A stretch of DNA of 64,000 bases from an uncultured bacterium (lineage in GTDB: Bacteria; Eisenbacteria; RBG-16-71-46; CAIMUX01; WJJG01): the NCBI GenBank assembly GCA_964603725.1, contig CAZRWW010000001.1:69634-133633 (forward strand), written 5' to 3'. Shown here one piece after another: positions 51,307 to 60,608 of the stretch. The notes below the pieces were generated by a model. The model did no database searches. It saw only the letters and a list, made by a program, of their open reading frames with translations, and was not told the origin of the DNA. Every line of letters begins with the position of its first letter. Position 1 is the stretch's first letter. The translations under genes were made by a program, and so were the position numbers.

Positions 51307-53700
51307 ATGGAGCCCATGGGAGGGAGACGCACGTCGAGAAGGATCGCAGCGGGGCTCGTCCTGGCGGCTCTGGCGGCACCTGTCGCGGGAGCGCGCATCA
51401 CTGCATCCGCCGGCGCCGAGCCCGCGCCGCAGATCTATGCCGTGCGCCCCCCCGATCTCTTCTACCACACCGCCGGGGCCCTGCGGCTCATGGTCACCAA
51501 CATGGGGATTCTCGGGAACCCGCAGCTCGGGGTAGACAGCTACGGCGCGGGCTGGCAAGGCCGGGAGTACCTGCGCACGGCCGAGCTCTGGGTCGGCGCC
51601 GTGGCGGGCGACAACCTCGAGCACGTGTCCACGGGCCTCGAGTTCCGACCCAGCCTCGACCCGCGGGATACGATCTACCTGACCCACGAGGGCGCCCCGG
51701 GCGGCAACCGGATCGGTTTCGCGAACGATTGCGGGGACGACGACCGCGATGGGCGCCGCGACGAGGACTTTCTCAACGGCAAGGACGACGACCTCGATGG
51801 GCGCATCGACGAGGACTTCGAGGCAATCGGCCAGGAGATGTTCAGCTGCGAGTACTGGGATGACAGCGAGGCATCCCTGGATGCGATGCCCGACCACCGG
51901 CCCCTGCACTTGAAGGTCCGCCAGCGCACGTTCGCCTGGTCCGAGGAGCGCTATGACTCCTGCATCGGGATCGACCTGGAGATCGTCAATGAGGGTTTCG
52001 AGGCCCTGCGCGATGTCTACGTGGGCTGGCTCGTCGACGCCGATGTGGGACGCAGCGATGCGCTGGGCTACTGGCGCGACGACCTGGGCCTGGCGGCCCG
52101 CGTGGACACGACCTTCCTGGACGAAGCGATCACCTACCGGTGCGAGGACCGCTGGCATCAGTGGCACGACTGCCGGCCGCGGTCGCTCGGTTTCGATGTG
52201 GCCTGCATTCGCGACGCCAAGGGCGCCGAGGGCGGCCAGTACGGCGATGACGAGGAAGGCGAGGCCGATGGCTGGCTCGGCTTCATCCTGCTGGACCACA
52301 CCACCGACGAGAAGGGCGAGCGGGCGCCGGCCGGCGTGCGGCTCTGCACCCGCCGGTTCATGACGCAGCGCTGGAGCTACGAGCTCCTGGATCTCACCCG
52401 CTACCAGTGGCTGGCTTCCCACCAGCTTCTGCCCGACACGACGGCCTTGCCTTCGGACTACGCGCTGCTGGCGGTCATCGGACCGTTCCCGGAGCTGCTG
52501 CCCGGCGAGGTGATCAACTCGCAGTGGATGCTGGTCGTCGGGCCCGGGTGGTCGGGGCTGCGGGAAGAGGCCTTCTTCGCCATGCGCGTCTATGAGGGCG
52601 AGTGGCGCGACACCGATCTCGACCCGGAAACGGGCAGCGAGGGGCGCGAGCGGTGCCTGCAGGTGGAGGCCGACGGCCTGCCGATCGTCTGGCGCGATCC
52701 GTGCGTGCAACTGGGGGACATCAAGAAGGTCAGGGTCACTGACTGCTCGAACCCCGACAACTGGGTCGATGATGACTGCAATTGCTGTACGCCCGTGCAA
52801 GAGCCGCGACTCAACGAATGGGGCCGCGACACCATCGTGAAATGGGTCGGCCGCGTGGGCCCGCCTCCGCCGAGCACGAGCACGCTCGATCCTCAGCGGC
52901 AGATTCAGTTGGTCGGCGATCGCAGGGTGATCGTCGAGTGGGACAACGCGCCGGAGCTCGTCTACATCCCGTCGGATAGCGGCGCGGTCTTCTCCGGCTA
53001 CCGGATCTGGCGCGTCGAGGGATGGACGCGCCCGTTCGGCTCCCCGGGTCCCGACGCGACTCAGTGGGAACGCATCGCCGACCTGGCGATCGATCCGGTG
53101 GGCACTCAGCTCCGACTGCAGGAGTACACCAATCCCGTGGCCCGCGTCCTGGAGTACGTGCCGTCGGCGGTCGATCCCGACGTACGGCTGCCGCTCTATG
53201 AGGTTGGACGATACTTCTATGAGGACGTCTCGGGGCTCAAGAACGGCATGCTCTACTTCTACGACGTCACCAGTTACGCGACCTGGATTGATGATCACGG
53301 CCGCCGGCGTGAGATCGGCCAGCCGCCGGCGGCGCTGGAGGGCGAGGCCGTGCGACCGCGCTGCGAGGCGATCGCCGGCTCGGGCTGGAAGGACCAGGTG
53401 GCCGTCGTCCCCAACCCCTATCGCGGGGGGGCCGAATGGGACCTCCATCCCAACGCGGCCGATCCCCTGGGAACGCACATCAGCTTCATCGGCCTCCCGG
53501 ATCGGGAATGCGACATACGCATCTACACGCTCGCCGGCGACCTGGTGCAGACCCTGCGCCATACGCCTGTCAACGGACGAGGCGAGGCTTCGTGGGACCT
53601 GATCTCGCGCAATCACCAGCAGATCGTCAGCGGGATCTATCTCTATGCGGTGACGTGCGGTGGGGAGACCGTCGTCGGCCGGTTCACGGTCGTGCTCTGA
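51307..53700 (+). CDS. Large secreted protein with a type-A T9SS C-terminal sorting domain
   Basis: Signal peptide MEPMGGRRTSRRIAAGLVLAALAAPVAGA. An acidic DxDxDG-rich calcium-binding-like region. The C-terminal roughly 90 aa reads VVPNPYRGG...DIRIYTLAGDLVQTLRH...ASWDLISRNHQQIVSGIYLYAVTCGGETVVGRFTVVL, a canonical T9SS CTD pattern. The track ORF starts at 51238. Confidence 0.85.
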   Translation: MEPMGGRRTSRRIAAGLVLAALAAPVAGARITASAGAEPAPQIYAVRPPDLFYHTAGALRLMVTNMGILGNPQLGVDSYGAGWQGREYLRTAELWVGAVAGDNLEHVSTGLEFRPSLDPRDTIYLTHEGAPGGNRIGFANDCGDDDRDGRRDEDFLNGKDDDLDGRIDEDFEAIGQEMFSCEYWDDSEASLDAMPDHRPLHLKVRQRTFAWSEERYDSCIGIDLEIVNEGFEALRDVYVGWLVDADVGRSDALGYWRDDLGLAARVDTTFLDEAITYRCEDRWHQWHDCRPRSLGFDVACIRDAKGAEGGQYGDDEEGEADGWLGFILLDHTTDEKGERAPAGVRLCTRRFMTQRWSYELLDLTRYQWLASHQLLPDTTALPSDYALLAVIGPFPELLPGEVINSQWMLVVGPGWSGLREEAFFAMRVYEGEWRDTDLDPETGSEGRERCLQVEADGLPIVWRDPCVQLGDIKKVRVTDCSNPDNWVDDDCNCCTPVQEPRLNEWGRDTIVKWVGRVGPPPPSTSTLDPQRQIQLVGDRRVIVEWDNAPELVYIPSDSGAVFSGYRIWRVEGWTRPFGSPGPDATQWERIADLAIDPVGTQLRLQEYTNPVARVLEYVPSAVDPDVRLPLYEVGRYFYEDVSGLKNGMLYFYDVTSYATWIDDHGRRREIGQPPAALEGEAVRPRCEAIAGSGWKDQVAVVPNPYRGGAEWDLHPNAADPLGTHISFIGLPDRECDIRIYTLAGDLVQTLRHTPVNGRGEASWDLISRNHQQIVSGIYLYAVTCGGETVVGRFTVVL

Positions 53701-53796
53701 TCCGCCGTGAAACCCTCCGCGGGCACAACGGCGTAGGTCGACGCGAGCGTTCTCACCCCCCTGAGAGCCTCTACCCCCGAGAGGCCGCGAGTCGCC

Positions 53797-56034
53797 ATGA
53801 ACGAGCGCATGCACAGCAACGGCTCGAGCGCCGCGTCCGCGCGGGCGGACCAGGCGGCCCCCTTCCGGCTGGGCGAATGGGCCGTCCACCCGGCGCTGAA
53901 TCGCGTCGCCCTGGGAGACACCTGGGTCCAGGTCGAGCCGCGCGTGATGCACGTTCTGGCGTGCCTGGCCAGCCGGCCCGGGGAGGTCTTCTCGCGCGAG
54001 AGACTGCTGGCGATCGTCTGGAACGACCTGGTGGTCTGCGAGGAGGCGCTCACGCGGACGATCTCGGAGCTGCGCCGCATCTTCCACGACGATCCGCGCA
54101 CGCCGCGGTTCATCGAGACCATCCGCAAGGGCGGGTATCGCCTGATCGCCCCCGTCTCCCCGCTGATCGAGCCGGCGCCACCGGCGCGCGGCAACCTGCC
54201 GCCGGTCGAGCCGGGGCAGTCGCGGCCCGCGGGCAGCGGTGCCCCGCTCGCCGCTCGCGAGCTCATCCCGGACGCATCGGCCCCGGCCCGCGATGTCCGA
54301 CGCCGGCCGCCCGCGCGCCTGAGGATGGTTGTCTACGCGGTCATGGTCGTGCTGACCGTAGCGGCGGGAACCCTCGCCGCCCAGCGGCTGCGCTCTCGGA
54401 CCGCGGGGCCGAGCACGCTGGACGGCGTGCCCTTCACGACCTATCCGGGAGCCGAACGATTCCCGGCGCTGTCGCCCGACGGCACGCAGGTAGCCTTCGC
54501 CTGGAACGGCGGCCAGGACGGCCGGTTTTCGATCTACGTCAAGCAGAGCAACACCGAATCGCCGCTGCGCCTCACGAACGGCGCCACAGATGACAGCCAT
54601 CCGGCCTGGTCCCCGGACGGCAGCGCCATTGCCTTCATCCGCCGCGACACCCAGGGCTACGGCATCTACACCGTGCCGTCGATCGGCGGCGTGCCGCGGC
54701 GGTTGATCCCGCTCGCCGCGGAGCCGCGCGGCCTGGACTGGTCGCCGGACGGCGCCTGGGTCGCCGTCGGGGACGCGCCCGCGGCGGGGCGGGCCGCGGG
54801 GATCACGCTGCTCGCACTGGAGTCTCTGGAAACTCGCCGAATCACCGACCCGCCGGCGCACTTCGGCGGCGATGGGCTGCCGGCCTTCTCACCCGACGGA
54901 CGGTCGCTCGCCTTCTCGCGCGTCGACGCCGCCGGCATGAGTCGCTTGTACATCGTCGCGACCGGCGGGGGCGAGCCGAGGCCCTTGACGCCCGCGCAGG
55001 AGGCGATCAGCGGTGTCGACTGGACGGCGGACGGCCGCGCGATCATCTTCGCGGCGACGTCGAACGGCAGCTGCACACTGGCGCGTCTGGCCCTCCGGTC
55101 CGGCACCCTCACGCGCTTGATCACCAGGGGCGCGGAGGCGCGGTGCCCGTCGCTCTCGGCAGCGAGCGGCCGGCTGGTCTACGAGGAGGCGTCGCAGCGC
55201 GCGGACGTCTACCGGGTCGAGCTCGATGCGGCGCGCCGCCCCGGCCCGCCGCGGCCGCTGATCGCATCGACGCGGGCGGACGCGGACGCGCACTTCTCGC
55301 CGGACGGGTCCCGGCTGGCTTTCCTGTCCGATCGCGCCGGCTCGCGCGAGGTGTGGATCTGTGACGCCGGCGGCGGCAATGCGCGCCAGCTCACCCGCCT
55401 GGGCGGACCGTGCATGAGCACGCCGTGCTGGTCGCCGGATGGCCGGCGGCTGGCCTTCTCCGCCGCCGACTCCGGCGGATGCTTCATGATCCACGTGGTC
55501 GAGGCCGAGGGAGGGCAGCCCCATCGCCTTCCCGGCGCCGGCGGCCATGAGATCGCCTCGCTCTGGTCGCGCGACGGGCAGTGGATCTACTTCGACGCGG
55601 AGCGCGCGGGCGGCTGGGACATCCGGCGCGTGCGCCCGGACGGCCGCGACGCGGCGACCGTCGTGGCCGGGGGGCGCCGCGTCATGGCGCAATCGCCCGA
55701 CGGCGAGCTGATTTACCACCTCGCCCCTGGCGACGGCGGCATTCAGTGCTCGACGCCCGGTGGCGAGCCGCGCGGGACCCTCGTGGACGGCGCGTCGGCG
55801 CAGCCGTGGCGAGCCATTGCGCTCGGCCCCGGCGGCGCCTACTTCACGCGGCCGAGCGGCGCCGGTTGTCTGCTCGGGTTCTGTGATTTCCAAACCGGAC
55901 GAATGGACTCGCTCCTGCAGTTGCCCCCGCTCTGTGGCGCGCACCTCTCGCTCTCGCCGGATGGCCGGACGCTCATCTACGACCAGATCGATCAGGTGGC
56001 CGGCGACCTGATGCTGGTCGAGGGCCTTCGCTGA
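53797..56034 (+). CDS. CadC/ToxR-like membrane-bound transcriptional regulator (OmpR-type winged helix) with a periplasmic TolB-like beta-propeller
   Basis: FRLGEWAVHPALNRVALGDTWVQVEPRVMHVLACLASRPGEVFSRERLL...TIRKGGYRLIA, then a TM helix, then repeats SPDGTQVAFAW, WSPDGSAIAFI and WSPDGAWVAV. Confidence 0.85.
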   Translation: MNERMHSNGSSAASARADQAAPFRLGEWAVHPALNRVALGDTWVQVEPRVMHVLACLASRPGEVFSRERLLAIVWNDLVVCEEALTRTISELRRIFHDDPRTPRFIETIRKGGYRLIAPVSPLIEPAPPARGNLPPVEPGQSRPAGSGAPLAARELIPDASAPARDVRRRPPARLRMVVYAVMVVLTVAAGTLAAQRLRSRTAGPSTLDGVPFTTYPGAERFPALSPDGTQVAFAWNGGQDGRFSIYVKQSNTESPLRLTNGATDDSHPAWSPDGSAIAFIRRDTQGYGIYTVPSIGGVPRRLIPLAAEPRGLDWSPDGAWVAVGDAPAAGRAAGITLLALESLETRRITDPPAHFGGDGLPAFSPDGRSLAFSRVDAAGMSRLYIVATGGGEPRPLTPAQEAISGVDWTADGRAIIFAATSNGSCTLARLALRSGTLTRLITRGAEARCPSLSAASGRLVYEEASQRADVYRVELDAARRPGPPRPLIASTRADADAHFSPDGSRLAFLSDRAGSREVWICDAGGGNARQLTRLGGPCMSTPCWSPDGRRLAFSAADSGGCFMIHVVEAEGGQPHRLPGAGGHEIASLWSRDGQWIYFDAERAGGWDIRRVRPDGRDAATVVAGGRRVMAQSPDGELIYHLAPGDGGIQCSTPGGEPRGTLVDGASAQPWRAIALGPGGAYFTRPSGAGCLLGFCDFQTGRMDSLLQLPPLCGAHLSLSPDGRTLIYDQIDQVAGDLMLVEGLR

Positions 56035-56109
56035 GCAGGGATGCCCCGCGGCGCGACGATGCGGCGCTCGCCGGCCGGGCATGCCCGCGGCGCGAGCGCC
56101 GCGCGGGAT

Positions 56110-58263
56110 TCAGGGCTTGCGATCGGGCAGCAGCCCCAGCTCCGCCAGAGCCGCGCGCGCGAGCGCGTGGCGCCGGCTCATGACCTGCTCGAAGGTCGGG
56201 CTGTCAAAGTTGAGCGCGTAGAAGTAGACCTCCGCATCACGCTCCACGTAGCCCACGAGCCACCCGACGAAGCTTCCATCCGGCTGGCGGCCCGTCCCGC
56301 TCTTCCCGCTCAGCCGATAGCCCTCCCCCTCCTCGAGCACGATCAGGCGCTTGACGAGGTCGGTGGCGGCCGGGGAGGCGCCGAGTTGACCGCGATAGAA
56401 CCGCTCGAGGAAGCGGATCTGCTCGTCAGCCGAGATGGTCAGGGAGTTGGCCAGCCAGAACCGGTCGACCCCGCCCGAGATGTCCCGATTGCCGTAATCG
56501 TAGCGCTCGAGATAGCGCGGATAGGCATCGTCTCCGATGCGCCGCGCGATCTCCTGGTAGAACCAGACGACCGAGTGGCGCATGGCCGAGGCGAGGCCCT
56601 GGTCCGCGTCCCAGCCCTCCGGCCATCCGGGCTGCCGCGGGTCACGCCGGGGGTCCCAGGCCAGGCGGAACTCTTCGCCCGTGATCACGCCGGTCTCAAG
56701 ACCGATGAGCGTGTTGGGGATCTTGAACGTCGAGCAGGGCGAGAAGCGCCGGGCGCAGCGCTCCGGATCATGGCGCACGTGGCGATGGCGCTGAGGATCA
56801 TAGAGGGCGAATGCGATCCAGGCGCTGTCGGGCACGGCGCCGGGTTGTCCGGAAGCAGTGTCGGGCGCCCCCCCGAGGGTGGCGGAAACCGTATCAGGCG
56901 CCTCGCCGAGCCGGTCGGGGGCCGCGGCGGGAGCCGCGCCGGGAGCCGCGCCGGGGGCCGCGGCGGGAGCCGCGCCGGGAGCCGCGCCGGGAGCCGCGCC
57001 GATGTCGGCGAAGGCCGCCGCGAGCCGGTCGTGGAGCGCCCCCTGCCCCGAGATGATCCAGTCGCGCGTGCCGTCGCCGTAAGCGCGGTAGAAGTCGTTG
57101 CCCAGGACGAACAGACACTGGTCGCGCAACTCGGGCTGCGCAAAGGTGACATTGAGCGGGATGACGCGCCCGCCGAAGGTGGGCTCGATCCAGTCGTGGC
57201 GCGTGTGGCCCACGATCACGCGCGACGCGTCGTAGCGAGCCAGCACCTCGCTCAGCTCAGCCGCCGTGATCCGCTGGTACCGCTTCGCATGGACGAAGTA
57301 GCCCCGGTACCAGAGGGGCCCCAGGGACCCGAACAGCAGCTCGGCCGCTTCGTCTGCGGGGCAAGCCCCCTTCTCCAGGCAGCGGCGAACGATGGCGTTG
57401 AGGTCGTCGATGGTCTGGCCCGATCGCGCCACCTCGGGCGACAGCCCGCCGTGCACGCAGAGCAGATCGCCCAGACGGATGACCGCCGGCCACGCGCGCA
57501 CCCATCGCCCCAGCTCGGTGCGCGGACCGAAGAGCTCTTCGTAGGCGATTCCCAGCGCATCGCACAGGTAGAGCTGCGCGCAGGCCACGTAGCGCCGGTC
57601 ACCGTTCAGGGCCCTGTGCTCGTGGTTGCCCAGCAGGCAGTGGACCCGGCCGCCGGCCGGCGCGGCCTGCTGTTCGAGCTTGCGGATCAGCCACAGGCAG
57701 TCCGTCACGCCGGCGCCGCGGTCGAAGACGTCGCCGCAGAAGACGAGGTGTCCGCGGCCGAACGCCCAGTCGCCCCGCTCGTCGATGATGCCGCAGCTGC
57801 GCAAGAGCGCGACCGCACTGCCGTACTCGCCGTGCAGGTCGCCCACAAAGCAGATCGACTCGGGCCGGGCCTGCACTGCCTCGGGCACCGGGAGCGAGGC
57901 GCCGATCAGGAACCTGCGCTCGTCCCCGGCGAATCCCCGCAGCTCGAAGGGAACCCGCCCGGCGTCCGCCGACTCGGCGGCCCGCCCGGGATCCACGGCG
58001 AGCGTCTGCTCGATGATCTCATCGGCGCCGCGCTGCGAATCGCGGACGAGGTAGATCAGCCGCACGCGGCGATCGTCGTCCCAGAAGACGTGCGGTCCGT
58101 CGCGCAGGCTGGCAATGCTGTCGGCGGGCGGGATGCGGCCGAAGCAGCCCGGGTCGCGGGCCTGGGTGGTCCCACGTTCCTGAGCGCCGGCAGTCGGCCA
58201 GCCGGCGCAGATGACCAGCGTCAGCGCGGACGTCCAGGCCGCGCGCCTGCTTGATGCGATCAT
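56110..58263 (-). CDS. Periplasmic fusion protein: N-terminal calcineurin-like metallophosphoesterase plus C-terminal class D beta-lactamase/BlaR-sensor-like transpeptidase-fold domain
   Basis: Signal MIASSRRAAWTSALTLVICAGWPTAGA. Phosphoesterase motifs GDLHG, GDVFDRG and GNHE. A linker of (APGAA)n comes from a 15-bp DNA repeat at about 56925..57000. The OXA-like domain has STFK, YGN and KSGTG motifs. Confidence 0.8.
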   Translation of the reverse strand: MIASSRRAAWTSALTLVICAGWPTAGAQERGTTQARDPGCFGRIPPADSIASLRDGPHVFWDDDRRVRLIYLVRDSQRGADEIIEQTLAVDPGRAAESADAGRVPFELRGFAGDERRFLIGASLPVPEAVQARPESICFVGDLHGEYGSAVALLRSCGIIDERGDWAFGRGHLVFCGDVFDRGAGVTDCLWLIRKLEQQAAPAGGRVHCLLGNHEHRALNGDRRYVACAQLYLCDALGIAYEELFGPRTELGRWVRAWPAVIRLGDLLCVHGGLSPEVARSGQTIDDLNAIVRRCLEKGACPADEAAELLFGSLGPLWYRGYFVHAKRYQRITAAELSEVLARYDASRVIVGHTRHDWIEPTFGGRVIPLNVTFAQPELRDQCLFVLGNDFYRAYGDGTRDWIISGQGALHDRLAAAFADIGAAPGAAPGAAPAAAPGAAPGAAPAAAPDRLGEAPDTVSATLGGAPDTASGQPGAVPDSAWIAFALYDPQRHRHVRHDPERCARRFSPCSTFKIPNTLIGLETGVITGEEFRLAWDPRRDPRQPGWPEGWDADQGLASAMRHSVVWFYQEIARRIGDDAYPRYLERYDYGNRDISGGVDRFWLANSLTISADEQIRFLERFYRGQLGASPAATDLVKRLIVLEEGEGYRLSGKSGTGRQPDGSFVGWLVGYVERDAEVYFYALNFDSPTFEQVMSRRHALARAALAELGLLPDRKP

Positions 58264-58432
58264 GGCTCCTCCGGCGGCGCGGGCTGAGGTTGGAGCCGCA
58301 CCGTGCCGGAGAGCTTAGCGAAGGCTCCCACTGGGCGCAGGAGAAAAGATGGCGCCCCGCCTGGTAGCCAAGCGGGGCGCCTCAGATCCCAGCCGCGTGG
58401 ACCTCCGACGCGCGGCCCGGGCTACTGAGAGA

Positions 58433-59224
58433 CTACTCGAAGAACGCCTTGATCTGACCCCACGTGGTGGGATCGGCCGGGCTGGGAGGACCCGCCAGCA
58501 GCAGGCACTCCACCAAGCGACTGAACCCCGCGTTCGTGTAGGGACAGATCGCGGCCGGATTCGGATGGCCGAACTCCACCAGGCAGGCCCCGTGACCGTA
58601 GTCGGCGATGAACACGCAGGGCAGGCCGGTCACCGGACCTTGCCCGACGATGTGCCACTCGGCGCCCATTTGCAGCACGGTGTCGCCTGCAAACGGCAGG
58701 TCCGCGCCGGTGATGCCCTGGGCAATGCAGTGCGTTGGATCGACGATCACCGTGGGACAGTCGGCGCCGTTGTACGCGTTGTTGACCATCAAGTCATAGG
58801 GCGCCCAGGTGATGTCGGCGTTGTTCCCGGGCATCTGATAGGGATTCGGCTGGCCGATCCACAGCTTGCCGCCGCCGTTGACGTAGGCGTGGTAGTCCTG
58901 CGCCAGCCCGTCCAGCGTGTAGTAGTAGGCGGGCGCGGCGTGCGACACCGGCAGAATCACGATGTCGTACTGGCTCAAGACGCTGAGGTTCGAGGTCGCG
59001 GGAATGATCGTCGAGCCGTAGCCAACGGCCGTCAGGCGGTCCTGGAAGTTCGAGATGCCGCCGCCGGCGTCGACGATGGCGACCGTGGCGTCGGCGTACG
59101 ACCACGGGCTGGGCACGACGCTGTCGTCGAGCCCATCCTGGTTGACGTCCTCAGCCAGAGCAGGCGCGGCCTGCCAGCCGAGACACAGACAGACGAGTAA
59201 CACGGGTGCGAACACGGATCTCAT
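58433..59224 (-). CDS. Secreted hypothetical protein ending in the TTWGQIKAFFE C-terminal tag
   Basis: Signal MRSVFAPVLLVCLCLGWQAAPALA. GGGAGGAG lies upstream of the ATG. Its mature domain is unrelated to the other tag-bearing proteins. The track ORF extends to 59338. Confidence 0.7.
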   Translation of the reverse strand: MRSVFAPVLLVCLCLGWQAAPALAEDVNQDGLDDSVVPSPWSYADATVAIVDAGGGISNFQDRLTAVGYGSTIIPATSNLSVLSQYDIVILPVSHAAPAYYYTLDGLAQDYHAYVNGGGKLWIGQPNPYQMPGNNADITWAPYDLMVNNAYNGADCPTVIVDPTHCIAQGITGADLPFAGDTVLQMGAEWHIVGQGPVTGLPCVFIADYGHGACLVEFGHPNPAAICPYTNAGFSRLVECLLLAGPPSPADPTTWGQIKAFFE

Positions 59225-59778
59225 GGCGGGCTCCTCCCTCAGTGGCTTCCCGAGGCTGCCGAATGCACCGAGACGATGATCGGCGAGAACGGACGCGGTG
59301 GCCTGTTTGTCTCGAGGCTCTGTCTCGCCCGGACACAAGCACGATGAGCTGGTCGCTACTGGTATTCTGCCTCAGCACGGGGGGGGAATCAAGCGCTGCT
59401 CATGGCGCGCGCTCGGCGCTGCCTGCCGAGGAACCCTACGGCTCGACAAGGCGAACGGTCGTAAGCAATGAATCGTAACGGTCGGAACTGCCCGGCCCTC
59501 ACCCCCGGAGGGAATGAGGGCCGGAATACAGAGACAGATGTCACCGCCCGCGGGACCCGGTTCGAACACCACGTGCACCGTTCTCACTCGGGACCCGCAG
59601 GCTCCTGGGCCTGACCGGAGAGGTCCCCGGCAGGCCCGCTCCGGAAACACTGGCGGCCGCGCCGTGTTCCCGAAAAACCACGCGCTCTTGCTCGGTCGCG
59701 CAGGCGAGGCAGTCCTACCGGTTGCATCTCGGCGCCCGCGGGGCCGGCTCACTCTCGCCACGATGGCAGATGCGCCCC

Positions 59779-60561
59779 TCAGGCGCCGAACTCGCTGGAC
59801 GTGGGCCGCCCGTCCTGGGCAAGGCCCTCGCGCGCCAGGACGCCCGCCAGGCCGGGAAAGAGCGCCAGGCGCTCGGGCGTGACCACCGCCGGATCCAGGT
59901 GGCTGGGGCGGATGTGCAGGCCGAGCACTTCCTGGATGCCGCGGGGGGTGCTGATGATGTCGATCGGCAGGTCGGTGTTCTCACGCGCCCCGGGCTCCTC
60001 GCAGATCTGCATGTCGTGCACGATGACCGCGACCGGAGTCTCCTCACCGAGAAAGCGCCGGCTGCGACCCAGCGCGTAGACGATGTCGGCTTCGCCGGTC
60101 CCCTTGCCGACACGCGTGCCACGCGGGTCGACGCACACGGCGCCCACCACCATCAAGTCCACGGGGTCGGTCTGGCGGCCGTACAAGCAGCGCACGCCCG
60201 GAGGCGGATCGACGCGGGTGGCGTCGAAGGAGGTGGCCAACGCGATCGCTTGCTCGGGCTCCATCTGAGCAGGATCGATCTCCACGATCCAGCCCGTGGT
60301 CCGCGCGAGATCGGGAACGATCAGCGTCTTGCCATCGGCCACAACCGCCCGGCGCACGGGCGTCAGCACCGGTTCGCGCAACACGAGAACGCGCCGGGCC
60401 GCGCGCCAGGCCGTGTGAGCCTGCAGGTGTTCGACCGCCTGACCGGCCGCAGCGAAGGTCGGCGTCCGGCCGTGCGCGCCGGGAAAGCCGGCCACTCCGG
60501 CCCGCGTGAGCAGATCCCAGATGCGCCCGCGGATCTGGGCTTTGACGATCGAGCCTGGCAT
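59779..60561 (-). CDS. 5-formyltetrahydrofolate cyclo-ligase family protein
   Basis: MPGSIVKAQIRGRIWDLL...ADGKTLIVPDL...LMVVGAVCVDPRGTRVGKGTGEADI. The track ORF extends to 60828. Confidence 0.75.
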   Translation of the reverse strand: MPGSIVKAQIRGRIWDLLTRAGVAGFPGAHGRTPTFAAAGQAVEHLQAHTAWRAARRVLVLREPVLTPVRRAVVADGKTLIVPDLARTTGWIVEIDPAQMEPEQAIALATSFDATRVDPPPGVRCLYGRQTDPVDLMVVGAVCVDPRGTRVGKGTGEADIVYALGRSRRFLGEETPVAVIVHDMQICEEPGARENTDLPIDIISTPRGIQEVLGLHIRPSHLDPAVVTPERLALFPGLAGVLAREGLAQDGRPTSSEFGA

Positions 60562-60608
60562 ACCGTTCCTCCGCTCCGAGCATAGCGCCTGTGCAGGCGT
60601 GACGCCAG

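Noticed and set aside
49651-54861. Very long minus-strand ORF (1736 aa)
   Set aside because: It is Arg/Gly/Pro/Ala-rich low-complexity sequence with no motifs. It is fully antisense to four plus-strand genes that have clear domain signatures: the GT39-like enzyme, the T9SS-CTD protein and the CadC-like regulator. This is a typical high-GC antisense artefact.
59560-59590. GGTTCGAAC resembling a tRNA T-loop
   Set aside because: The flanking sequence cannot form the T-stem or an acceptor stem on either strand. No cloverleaf is possible.
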